Below are positions 45,659 to 52,437 of a stretch of 64,000 nucleotides of DNA, piece by piece. The position numbers and the translations under genes are program-made. The DNA lies in IMG/VR virus record IMGVR_UViG_3300028840_001835; one strand, written 5' to 3'. Below the pieces are notes generated by a model, which did not search any database, had not been told where the DNA came from, and saw only the letters and a program-made list of their open reading frames with translations. The DNA comes from a virus (taxonomy: Duplodnaviria; Caudoviricetes). Numbering within the stretch: the first letter of the stretch is position 1; every line of letters starts with the position of its first letter.

Positions 45659-45934
45659 CTATTGACATAAAACAGGTTCCTCAACAAAAAGAACAGTCAC
45701 CTCCGACTCTGGATCGATATATACAGGACCAAGGTCGTTTCCCGTCTTGGAATTAAACTCGTTTCGATACTCACCCATACCTATTCCTAATGGATGTATC
45801 TTTAGGTATGTGGTGTTCTGCTCCTTTCGTGTTACAACCTTCCCATAGTTATAATGCTTCACAACACCCTCATAGGAGAAGATGGTACCAACTGTCAGCT
45901 GTTTTAGTTTTCCTTTCCAGACAGTCATAATCAA
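45659..45934 (-). CDS. hypothetical protein
   Basis: 91 aa between tRNAs. Confidence 0.5.
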   Translation of the reverse strand: MIMTVWKGKLKQLTVGTIFSYEGVVKHYNYGKVVTRKEQNTTYLKIHPLGIGMGEYRNEFNSKTGNDLGPVYIDPESEVTVLFVEEPVLCQ

Positions 45935-45936
45935 GT

Positions 45937-46024
45937 TGGCGGAGGGTAGGCGAATCGAACACCTGCTGGGTTCCCCCAGGCCACCCGGTAGCAGCGGGGC
46001 ACATTACCTCTCTGTCAACCCTCC
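45937..46024 (-). tRNA. tRNA-Ser(GCT)
   Basis: CCCG CTGCTAC CGGG; long variable arm; GCCA. Confidence 0.85.
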
Positions 46025-46031
46025 ATATATA

Positions 46032-46397
46032 CTAATCCCTTCTTTCTATGGGACAGCGTTTCTCATCCTTTATTGATAATTTCCTTCCGTAACCTTTAAT
46101 CTTTTTTGGTACACCTTTTCCACTTGTTTTCTTCACCTTTATCACTTTGTCATCGTCTGGTACATCAAAACAATTTACATATCTCCAGTCCACCTTTCCA
46201 CACTTCTTACAGACTCTCTGCCACTTGATGTTGGTGAACCAGTAACCACTGGGTCCCGGCGGGTTCGCGGCCTTCCTCTGCCGCTCCTTGATCTCGTCCT
46301 CGGTCATTACCCGTTCTCTAAGACCTGTCGTTTTATTAACCTCAAAAGTCAATGGTTGAAATTTTTCAAAATCGTGTTTCTTTCTACATCTAGCCAT
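46032..46397 (-). CDS. basic hypothetical protein
   Basis: ATG at 46397 (MARCRKKH); CKKCG. Confidence 0.55.
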   Translation of the reverse strand: MARCRKKHDFEKFQPLTFEVNKTTGLRERVMTEDEIKERQRKAANPPGPSGYWFTNIKWQRVCKKCGKVDWRYVNCFDVPDDDKVIKVKKTSGKGVPKKIKGYGRKLSIKDEKRCPIERRD

Positions 46398-46546
46398 CGG
46401 ATTTTCCTTTAATTTCTTTAAGCGCCAACCACACTCCAAGTACCGCACCAACCGCCGCGCCAGGCCAACCAAAGATACAACATGCGCCCGCTCCGATTAT
46501 TGTTAGTCTTACTATCGTATCTATCTTCTCAAAGGTCATAATTAGT

Positions 46547-46621
46547 TGGTAGCCCCGGGAGGAGTCGAACCCCCATCGAGCGGTTCGTAGCCGCTAATTC
46601 TATCCATTGAACTACAGGGCC
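46547..46621 (-). tRNA. tRNA-Arg(ACG)
   Basis: AGCGG CTACGAA CCGCT; ACCA. Confidence 0.92.
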
Positions 46622-46633
46622 ATATGTATTTAG

Positions 46634-46718
46634 TGGTGGAGGATGCGCGGACTTGGACCGCGGTCTTCTGCCTGCGATTACACCAGCAAGCAGACGTTCT
46701 CCATTGAACTACACCCCC
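46634..46718 (-). tRNA. Ala-type tRNA-like RNA with 11-nt insertion in the anticodon loop
   Basis: GGGGGTG...CCTCCACCA, normal D-arm, TCTGC[18 nt]GCAGA, CGCGG TCCAAGT CCGCG. Confidence 0.65.
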
Positions 46719-46721
46719 ATA

Positions 46722-47171
46722 TCATTGTAAACCGTTCTTGAATAAAGTGTCCTTGATCGTCTTGACCGTTATATACTTTAGATGAGTACCTATCTCTATT
46801 CTATTTATCTTATTGTTACAAAAAACATAGGCCGCCCAATGAACATCCTTATTCCATCTACCAGCCCTTGCTTCCTTACGAATAAGAGCATGACCTTCGG
46901 GGAAAAAAGATTTTATATATGTCTCAATCAGTTCAAAACTCTTGAACGGTATGAAATCCTTTATCCGTTCCAACTTATATTTGTTCTCTTTATCAACCTC
47001 TATGATAAATTTAATATGATATGGCTCGGGTTTATATCCTCCATATCTTGCATAGTATTCTGGCCCGTACCTACCATAGTAAGGTTCTTTATCAAATTCA
47101 AGCCCACTTATAAAAAGATATTGACTTACATGCTCCTCGTGGTATGGAGGTATATTAAACACCCGTTTCAT
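46722..47171 (-). CDS. hypothetical protein, tandem paralog of 47155-47580 (LFISG motif)
   Basis: MKRVF.IP.Y, YLFISG, KLERIKDFIPFKS, INRIE. Confidence 0.7.
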   Translation of the reverse strand: MKRVFNIPPYHEEHVSQYLFISGLEFDKEPYYGRYGPEYYARYGGYKPEPYHIKFIIEVDKENKYKLERIKDFIPFKSFELIETYIKSFFPEGHALIRKEARAGRWNKDVHWAAYVFCNNKINRIEIGTHLKYITVKTIKDTLFKNGLQ

Positions 47172-47580
47172 CTACGCCTCCTAAGATTATCCCAACGGTT
47201 TCCAATCTCTCTCTCAATCTCTCAAGGGTTAGGTACTTCAGAGCGTCACTGACCTCTATCCTGTTGATCCTCTTGTTGTGATATATGTACATCACTATCC
47301 CACATCCTCTCTCCCGGTTGACCAATATATCACCGGGTGGGAACTGTTCCTGCAAAAACTTTTCAAGCGAACGGGAGGACTTGAATGGTATGAAATCCTT
47401 TATCCGCTCCAGCTTGGGCCTGTCCTCCTTCTTCACATCAAGCTCGAAGATGGCCTCTATAATTCTTTCGCCCCAGTATTCCTTTCTTATTTTCTTATTG
47501 ACAATCTTTATGCCACTAATGAACAGATACTTCTCTGCCTTCTCTGCATTGTACCCAGGGATACTAAACACACGTTTCAT
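47155..47580 (-). CDS. hypothetical protein, tandem paralog of 46722-47171
   Basis: same motifs. Confidence 0.7.
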   Translation of the reverse strand: MKRVFSIPGYNAEKAEKYLFISGIKIVNKKIRKEYWGERIIEAIFELDVKKEDRPKLERIKDFIPFKSSRSLEKFLQEQFPPGDILVNRERGCGIVMYIYHNKRINRIEVSDALKYLTLERLRERLETVGIILGGVDETGV

Positions 47581-47602
47581 TTAAACGTCCTTTCAATTGA
47601 AA

Positions 47603-47677
47603 TGGTAGGTCTGCAGGGAGTCGAACCCCGATCTGAACCTTAGGAGGGTACTATTCTATCCATTGAACTACAGACCC
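47603..47677 (-). tRNA. tRNA-Arg(CCT)
   Basis: GTACC CTCCTAA GGTTC; ACCA. Confidence 0.9.
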
Positions 47678-47684
47678 ATATATT

Positions 47685-47760
47685 TGGTACCCCTGGAAGG
47701 AATCGAACCCTCATCCTGGCGTTAGAAGCGCCGTATTCTAATCCGTTGAACTACAGGGGC
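47685..47760 (-). tRNA. tRNA-Arg(TCT)
   Basis: CGGCG CTTCTAA CGCCA; ACCA. Confidence 0.92.
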
Positions 47761-47766
47761 TAGTTC

Positions 47767-47843
47767 TGGGGTGACCGGCCGGAATCGAACCGGCATTGCT
47801 AGAGTCACAGTCTAGTATCTTAACCAATTAGATGACAGTCACC
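47767..47843 (-). tRNA. tRNA-His(GTG) with genomically encoded G-1
   Basis: GGTGACTG/CGGTCACC 8-bp acceptor, CTAGA CTGTGAC TCTAG. Confidence 0.92.
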
Positions 47844-47960
47844 ATGCACAACGTCCGTGATAAAGAACCCTAACACAAGATGCCATTTCCCGCATCCGAG
47901 GTTTGACCGCCGGGACCATTCATCCTCGACCTTTTGGTGCCTTATCAAAGAGAAACTTTT

Positions 47961-48037
47961 TGGTGACCAGGGTGGGGGTCGAACCCACACTGAACAGGGT
48001 CTAAGCCTGCTCCCTCTTCCAGTTGGGGTACCTGGCC
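47961..48037 (-). tRNA. tRNA-Leu(TAG), short variable loop
   Basis: GCAGG CTTAGAC CCTGT; near-identical to 41130-41206. Confidence 0.85.
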
Positions 48038-48038
48038 A

Positions 48039-48242
48039 TTAAATCTCGTTTAATTCAAATTCAACTATCTTTATGTCAGAAGGATTAATACTTCCAAATC
48101 TTATACCAATATTTATCTTTCCCTGGGTCACCTGAAAGTTGGCAGCTCCTCTCGTCTTGTATAGGTTACCAAACTCCTTCCTGAACCCACCGTTGGTGAA
48201 GAAGGTATTATCCTTCGTGTTCTTGATTGAATAAACAATCAT
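48039..48242 (-). CDS. hypothetical protein
   Basis: 67 aa. Confidence 0.5.
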   Translation of the reverse strand: MIVYSIKNTKDNTFFTNGGFRKEFGNLYKTRGAANFQVTQGKINIGIRFGSINPSDIKIVEFELNEI

Positions 48243-48256
48243 ACCAATCCTTTCGG

Positions 48257-48442
48257 TTACAATCTCTCCACCAAGGTCCAGTTCTTATACTCATCAGGGT
48301 TTGCCCATGTGCTTGTGCCATCGGCATGCTGGACCTTAAAATACTCTTTGGAGGGCGAGGTCTCTATCACCTTCACCTCTTCCATGTTCCAGTTCGGATA
48401 CCTCTTGATTAACATCCGACCTTTTATATCCGTTGCTTTCAT
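48257..48442 (-). CDS. hypothetical protein
   Basis: 61 aa, GAGG RBS. Confidence 0.5.
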   Translation of the reverse strand: MKATDIKGRMLIKRYPNWNMEEVKVIETSPSKEYFKVQHADGTSTWANPDEYKNWTLVERL

Positions 48443-48461
48443 TCAATCCTCATTCAAAAGT

Positions 48462-48536
48462 TGGTACCCCCGCTAGGTAACGATCCCAGTTCCCCGAGTT
48501 AAAAGCCCGGTGCATCACCATTAATGCTTCGGAGGC
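48462..48536 (-). tRNA. tRNA-Lys(TTT)
   Basis: CCGGG CTTTTAA CTCGG; atypical T-loop ATCGTTA. Confidence 0.85.
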
Positions 48537-48542
48537 ATAAAT

Positions 48543-48755
48543 CTATCTTAATGTATCTCCCACATTGTACAGGCTACACGGCGCAACGAAATAAACATAA
48601 TTAATCGGATCGCCAACGGCCCATATATCAAATGAACAAAGGTCCCTTTTAAGATCCTCAATTTCCTTGTTGTTTATGATAAGAGGATGTACTAATTGAT
48701 CACCACATCCCAATAACATCACGCCTAACATAAGTAGGTAAATAAACTTTTTCAT
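48543..48755 (-). CDS. putative lipoprotein
   Basis: MKKFIYLLMLGVMLLGC lipobox. Confidence 0.6.
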   Translation of the reverse strand: MKKFIYLLMLGVMLLGCGDQLVHPLIINNKEIEDLKRDLCSFDIWAVGDPINYVYFVAPCSLYNVGDTLR

Positions 48756-48797
48756 GTTCGTTCCTTTCTTGTTTAGTTTTCTTGTTTAGTATATATC

Positions 48798-48873
48798 TGG
48801 TGCCAGCGCCCAGAATCGAACTGGAATCTTCCGGGCTTCAACCGGACGAGTTGACCACGTTTTCCACACTGGC
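48798..48873 (-). tRNA. tRNA-Phe(GAA)
   Basis: TCCGG TTGAAGC CCGGA; ACCA. Confidence 0.85.
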
Positions 48874-48884
48874 ATAAAACTCTT

Positions 48885-48962
48885 TGGAGGCTCCGGTGGG
48901 AATCGAACCCACTACCAACTGGTTAACAACCAGACGCTCTACTCCGGTGAGCTACAGGAGCC
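48885..48962 (-). tRNA. tRNA-Asn(GTT)
   Basis: TCTGG TTGTTAA CCAGT; acceptor with one bulge; TCCA end. Confidence 0.8.
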
Positions 48963-48973
48963 TTATTGAATGA

Positions 48974-49246
48974 TTAATATAATATATCTGCGGTCCTTGC
49001 TTCTTTCTTATCAATAAGATGTTGCCCAAGTTTATCAAGTTCACCTTTTCTTTTTGATCTTGTTTCTATTCCTGTTTTTCTATCAAAGGATTGTTCCTTT
49101 GTAATTATTTCCTTTGGGGTTAATTTAATTATCTTAACCCAGCCCATCTGTTCATCATCTGATGAAAAAATCTCAACGTATTTTCCAACTTGTAATTTTT
49201 CATCAGTAAAATCTTTACTCTCATTTAGATATTCTTTAAAATCCAT
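48974..49246 (-). CDS. CTS-like protein (MDFKEYLNE)
   Basis: TATAAATA at 49265-49272 and GGAGG RBS upstream. Confidence 0.7.
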   Translation of the reverse strand: MDFKEYLNESKDFTDEKLQVGKYVEIFSSDDEQMGWVKIIKLTPKEIITKEQSFDRKTGIETRSKRKGELDKLGQHLIDKKEARTADILY

Positions 49247-49272
49247 ACAACCTCCGTTTAAGAATATTTATA

Positions 49273-49347
49273 TGAAGCCCCAGGGCAGGAGTCGAACCGC
49301 CGTCGCCTGAGTACGAAACAGGCATTCTACCGTTGAACTACAAGGGC
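49273..49347 (-). tRNA. tRNA-Thr(CGT), CCA imperfect (TTCA)
   Basis: CCTGT TTCGTAC TCAGG. Confidence 0.8.
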
Positions 49348-49355
49348 ATAACATC

Positions 49356-49429
49356 TGGAGCTGGAGGACAGAATCGAACTGTCGTCCCCTGCATACCACG
49401 CAGGTGTTCTACCATTTAACTACACCAGC
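49356..49429 (-). tRNA. tRNA-Thr(GGT)
   Basis: CCTGC GTGGTAT GCAGG; TCCA. Confidence 0.88.
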
Positions 49430-49436
49430 AAACATC

Positions 49437-49512
49437 TGGTGGAGAGTATCAGAATCGAACTGATCACACAAACCTTGCAAAAGTTCGTCGCCGCCTTGGC
49501 ACATGACCCCCC
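49437..49512 (-). tRNA. tRNA-Ala(TGC), atypical D-arm
   Basis: GAACT TTTGCAA GGTTT; G3-U70; ACCA. Confidence 0.75.
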
Positions 49513-49519
49513 AAACTCT

Positions 49520-49595
49520 TGGAGCCGGTGAGAGGATTCGAACCCCCAATCTTCTCCTTACAAGGGAGCTGCATCGCCAATTATGCTACACCGGC
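49520..49595 (-). tRNA. tRNA-Thr(TGT)
   Basis: GCTCC CTTGTAA GGAGA; TCCA. Confidence 0.92.
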
Positions 49596-49602
49596 ATATA
49601 TC

Positions 49603-49676
49603 TGGTAGCGGTATGGGGAATCGAACCCCAGTCTGAAGGTTGAGGGCCTCCCGATCTACCACTGAACTATACCGCC
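49603..49676 (-). tRNA. tRNA-Glu(CTC)
   Basis: GGAGG CCCTCAA CCTTC; same body as 42319-42392. Confidence 0.82.
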
Positions 49677-49874
49677 TCAAACTTGTCCTGTTTTATGAAG
49701 TTCAAGAACTACATAATCTTCAAATGTCTTTATATAGGGCAACTCTTTCGCCTCTTGACTTTTCTTAAACAGATTATAAGAATACTTTAGTTCTTTTTTC
49801 GATTTTAAATAAGACTGTTTGAATCTTTTATAAAAATCCTTATCATCCTCATTTACATATGTTCTCCAATCCAT
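49677..49874 (-). CDS. CTS-like protein (MDWRTYVNE)
   Basis: AAGGAG RBS right after tRNA-Gly CCA. Confidence 0.65.
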   Translation of the reverse strand: MDWRTYVNEDDKDFYKRFKQSYLKSKKELKYSYNLFKKSQEAKELPYIKTFEDYVVLELHKTGQV

Positions 49875-49890
49875 ATGTTCTCCTTATATT

Positions 49891-49964
49891 TGGAGCGGGC
49901 GAGGGGAATCGAACCCCTGTCTACTGGACGGCAGCCAATCGTAATACCATTATACTACGCCCGC
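49891..49964 (-). tRNA. tRNA-Gly(GCC)
   Basis: ATTGG CTGCCGT CCAGT; TCCA. Confidence 0.92.
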
Positions 49965-49972
49965 TTGAAACT

Positions 49973-50047
49973 TGGCCAGGCCACGGGGAATCGAACCCCG
50001 ATCTGCAGGTCGACAGCCTACTGTTCTAACCGTTGAACTATGACCCG
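49973..50047 (-). tRNA. tRNA-Asp(GTC)
   Basis: GTAGG CTGTCGA CCTGC; GCCA. Confidence 0.9.
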
Positions 50048-50054
50048 AAAACTT

Positions 50055-50129
50055 TGGAGTACCGACTCGGAATCGAACCGAGGATCACTGGGTTGCAGCC
50101 AGCCGCCTTAACCACTTGGCCACCGGTAC
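50055..50129 (-). tRNA. tRNA-Cys(GCA)
   Basis: GCTGG CTGCAAC CCAGT; U73. Confidence 0.92.
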
Positions 50130-50153
50130 TTGAATTCTCTTTTAATATTTATA

Positions 50154-50247
50154 TGGTGGGCAGGGAGGGAGTCGAACCCCCGATGTTCACCGCAAAGGGA
50201 AGTGGGTTACAGCCACTCACAGCACAACCGACAGCTGCCTCCTACCC
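50154..50247 (-). tRNA. tRNA-Tyr(GTA)
   Basis: AGTGG CTGTAAC CCACT; long variable arm; ACCA. Confidence 0.85.
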
Positions 50248-50583
50248 AAATAAAAAACACCAAATCCTTCTTACAGTTCCTACAATAAATGTTATCTTCT
50301 TAAAATATTTACATTTAAAATTCTTATTTAATTGTCCTTGTCCTTGAATTCTTTTCTTTGTTTTTATTATGCCACTTATTTTATCTATCCGACTTCCAAA
50401 CTCCCAACATACTGGATGTTGACACATGGGAATCGTTCCTACATCAGAAACCAGATCAAAACTTAAATCTCTAATTCCTGTTGTATATGTAAAGCCGTTA
50501 ATAAATTCATCCGCTACACTCGATTCAGTACCGTAATAATACCAACAGTCTTTACAAAATTTCAATTTCTTTTCAATATTCAT
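50242..50583 (-). CDS. Cys-containing hypothetical protein
   Basis: CKDC, C.HPVC, CKYF; 113 aa. Confidence 0.55.
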   Translation of the reverse strand: MNIEKKLKFCKDCWYYYGTESSVADEFINGFTYTTGIRDLSFDLVSDVGTIPMCQHPVCWEFGSRIDKISGIIKTKKRIQGQGQLNKNFKCKYFKKITFIVGTVRRIWCFLFG

Positions 50584-50595
50584 TTTTAAATAACT

Positions 50596-50672
50596 TGGTC
50601 AGGGAGGTGGGATTTGAACCCACGACCTTTTGGTTCCAAACCAAACGACCTACCAGACTGGCCTACACCCTG
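50596..50672 (-). tRNA. tRNA-Pro(TGG)
   Basis: TTTGG TTTGGAA CCAAA; C1-G72; ACCA. Confidence 0.9.
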
Positions 50673-50681
50673 TTTCAATTC

Positions 50682-50760
50682 TGGTCTGGGTTGAGGGATT
50701 CGAACCCCCACGATATTCTTGGCCCCAAACCAAGTGGCCTTCCTAATGGCCCTAACCCAG
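50682..50760 (-). tRNA. tRNA-Pro(TGG), second copy
   Basis: CTTGG TTTGGGG CCAAG; ACCA. Confidence 0.85.
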
Positions 50761-50773
50761 AAAAACTTTATAG

Positions 50774-50885
50774 ATGTGAATGCAGGACTTGAGCCTGCAT
50801 CTCCCATGTTCTCAGATTCCTGTCATCTCGAAGTGACCACCTCCCAGTTGTTCAACTGGGTATGCTACCATTTACACCACAATCT
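50774..50885 (-). ncRNA. tRNA-like RNA with D-arm, 8-nt anticodon-position loop, inserted hairpin and T-arm; no CCA
   Basis: TGGTGTAAATGGTAGCATA, CCCAG TTGAACAA CTGGG, GTCACTTCGAGATGAC, GCAGG CTCAAGT CCTGC. Confidence 0.55.
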
Positions 50886-50930
50886 TCTAGCGAACATTTG
50901 CCCCGAAGGCGGGGTGTTCTCCCTATTAAA

Positions 50931-51332
50931 CTAATTCACATCTAAAATTCTATGCACCTCATCCTCATGTATTGGTGAGGTTAAAAACTCGTCCAGCTCC
51001 TTATTATTTATGTTATCACTAGAGTACCCAACTATGAACTCGTCCCCAGTGACCTTAAAGGAGTGCATCTGCTTGTACGTTCGGATCATTCCTGACAGGT
51101 CTATCTTTAATTCTCTCTCCAGATCCAGGGAGAGGAATATGTAATCGTAACCATCGTACCCATTGACCTGCAGGTACATCAAATGTTTAAAGTAACTCAA
51201 CCAATCCTGCGCCTCTTCGATGTTCACCTCGTGATCAGCCCAATCGTATCTTTCCAAGGCCGACCTTAGAACCGCCTTATTTTCAGGATTGCTATCAACC
51301 AACAATACGTTGATGATATCCCCGGTTTGCAT
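50931..51332 (-). CDS. receiver (REC)-fold protein, probably pseudo-receiver
   Basis: VLLVDSNPEN..VLRSALE, YDYIFLSLDL, IVGYSS, DEFLTSPI. Confidence 0.65.
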   Translation of the reverse strand: MQTGDIINVLLVDSNPENKAVLRSALERYDWADHEVNIEEAQDWLSYFKHLMYLQVNGYDGYDYIFLSLDLERELKIDLSGMIRTYKQMHSFKVTGDEFIVGYSSDNINNKELDEFLTSPIHEDEVHRILDVN

Positions 51333-51351
51333 GATTCCCCCATGTTATGAT

Positions 51352-51427
51352 TGGCTGGCAGGGAGGGCTTCGAACCCCCATCTTCCCGGTTAACAGCCGA
51401 GCGCATTACCAGTTATACTACCTGCCA
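51352..51427 (-). tRNA. tRNA-Asn(GTT)
   Basis: CTCGG CTGTTAA CCGGG; GCCA. Confidence 0.9.
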
Positions 51428-51445
51428 TTTATTATATATATAATT

Positions 51446-51541
51446 CTAGGAGGTTTTATGTTTGAACACGCTAATGAGATAACCCCTCAGCTTCCAACCC
51501 AGAAAAAAACCAACCAGAAGAGCTATCAGTAATGGTAGCAT
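51446..51541 (-). CDS. 31-aa single-pass membrane peptide (not in ORF track)
   Basis: MLPLLIALLVGFFLGWKLRGYLISVFKHKTS; AAAGGA RBS; directly after promoter. Confidence 0.55.
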   Translation of the reverse strand: MLPLLIALLVGFFLGWKLRGYLISVFKHKTS

Positions 51542-51577
51542 TTTTATCCTTTCTGTTTAGTCAAGCATATTTGATTA

Positions 51578-51606
51578 ATTGTACTATACTTTTAAACCGC
51601 TGTCAA
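51578..51606 (-). promoter_or_regulatory. sigma70 promoter at head of tRNA array
   Basis: TTGACA-17-TACAAT. Confidence 0.8.
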
Positions 51607-51642
51607 GTATTTTTTTAAATTTATTGGACTTTTATTTTAGAA

Positions 51643-51678
51643 AACAAAAGAAAAGTCCGGGAATTACCTCCCCGGACT
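51643..51678 (-). terminator. intrinsic terminator
   Basis: GTCCGGGGAG GTAA TTCCCGGAC followed by TTTTCTTTT on minus strand. Confidence 0.75.
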
Positions 51679-51999
51679 CATCTCCCAATAAAGATTATTC
51701 TTATACAATGGCACCTTAAACCTAGGAGAACAACTTGGTGAAGGGTGTTTTTAAACCTTTGGTTTATAGCGCCCGTCCTTCTATATCGTATTATTAATTC
51801 CCTACCTCCCTGATGCTATCCATCTATAATTTAGTTCTCAGAGCCCCGACCAACTACATGGCACCGGGGTTGTTCTGAAAGACAGTAAAAAGGATTATCC
51901 GGAACCCCTAGATACTATCTACTTGTTGGGACTGGTGGGAAACCAACACCGTTGTTGACTCCTATTTCACATACGTTAATATATGAAACTCTATTTTAT

Positions 52000-52422
52000 T
52001 TATAAATCAAATATATGAGGCAGATCAGTTCTCATGTAACGCCACCTCTTATATTTCTTTTCGTATTCCTGAAACGTCATCTCCCTAAAGGGTATGGACT
52101 TTTCATCGAAAAACCTTTTCTTTAATTTTATGAGTGATTCATACTGATACCCAAAATATACCTGAGGAAGTTCATCAGACTCGTTTCTACAATATCTTTT
52201 AAACCGATCAAATTCATTTTGATTTGCCATTGTCCTTGTCCAGAATATGAATGGGTTCTCGGTCGTCCCACCAAAATCCAAAACAAAGAAACAGCGCCAT
52301 TTTTCCTCGGGCGTATTCCATGTGTGTTTGTCTGCCTCATCCTTGGTCAGATAGAAATAATTATTACCAGCCATCCAGGCCTTGAGATATGCGACACCGA
52401 AAAATCTAACATCTATAATCAT
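52000..52422 (-). CDS. hypothetical protein, family B paralog
   Basis: MIIDVRFFG, CFFVLDFG..T.NP..FW. Confidence 0.7.
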   Translation of the reverse strand: MIIDVRFFGVAYLKAWMAGNNYFYLTKDEADKHTWNTPEEKWRCFFVLDFGGTTENPFIFWTRTMANQNEFDRFKRYCRNESDELPQVYFGYQYESLIKLKKRFFDEKSIPFREMTFQEYEKKYKRWRYMRTDLPHIFDL

Positions 52423-52437
52423 TCAAAATCCTTTCAC

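Larger units (their letters stand above)
31079..50153 (-). promoter_or_regulatory. T4-type late promoter boxes TATAAATA (31079, 34192, 34282, 35314, 35576, 36110, 42818, 49265, 50146)
   Basis: each lies a few nt upstream of a tRNA, the tmRNA, hsp20 or a CTS-like gene. Confidence 0.7.

Noticed and set aside
47850-47955. GC-richer spacer between tRNA-His and tRNA-Leu as possible ncRNA
   Set aside because: Only weak stems and no recognisable motif; not supportable by eye
51460-51532. Plus-strand 24-aa ORF with GGAGG RBS (MFEHANE...)
   Set aside because: It is the antisense shadow of a 31-aa membrane peptide that has a promoter and RBS on the minus strand
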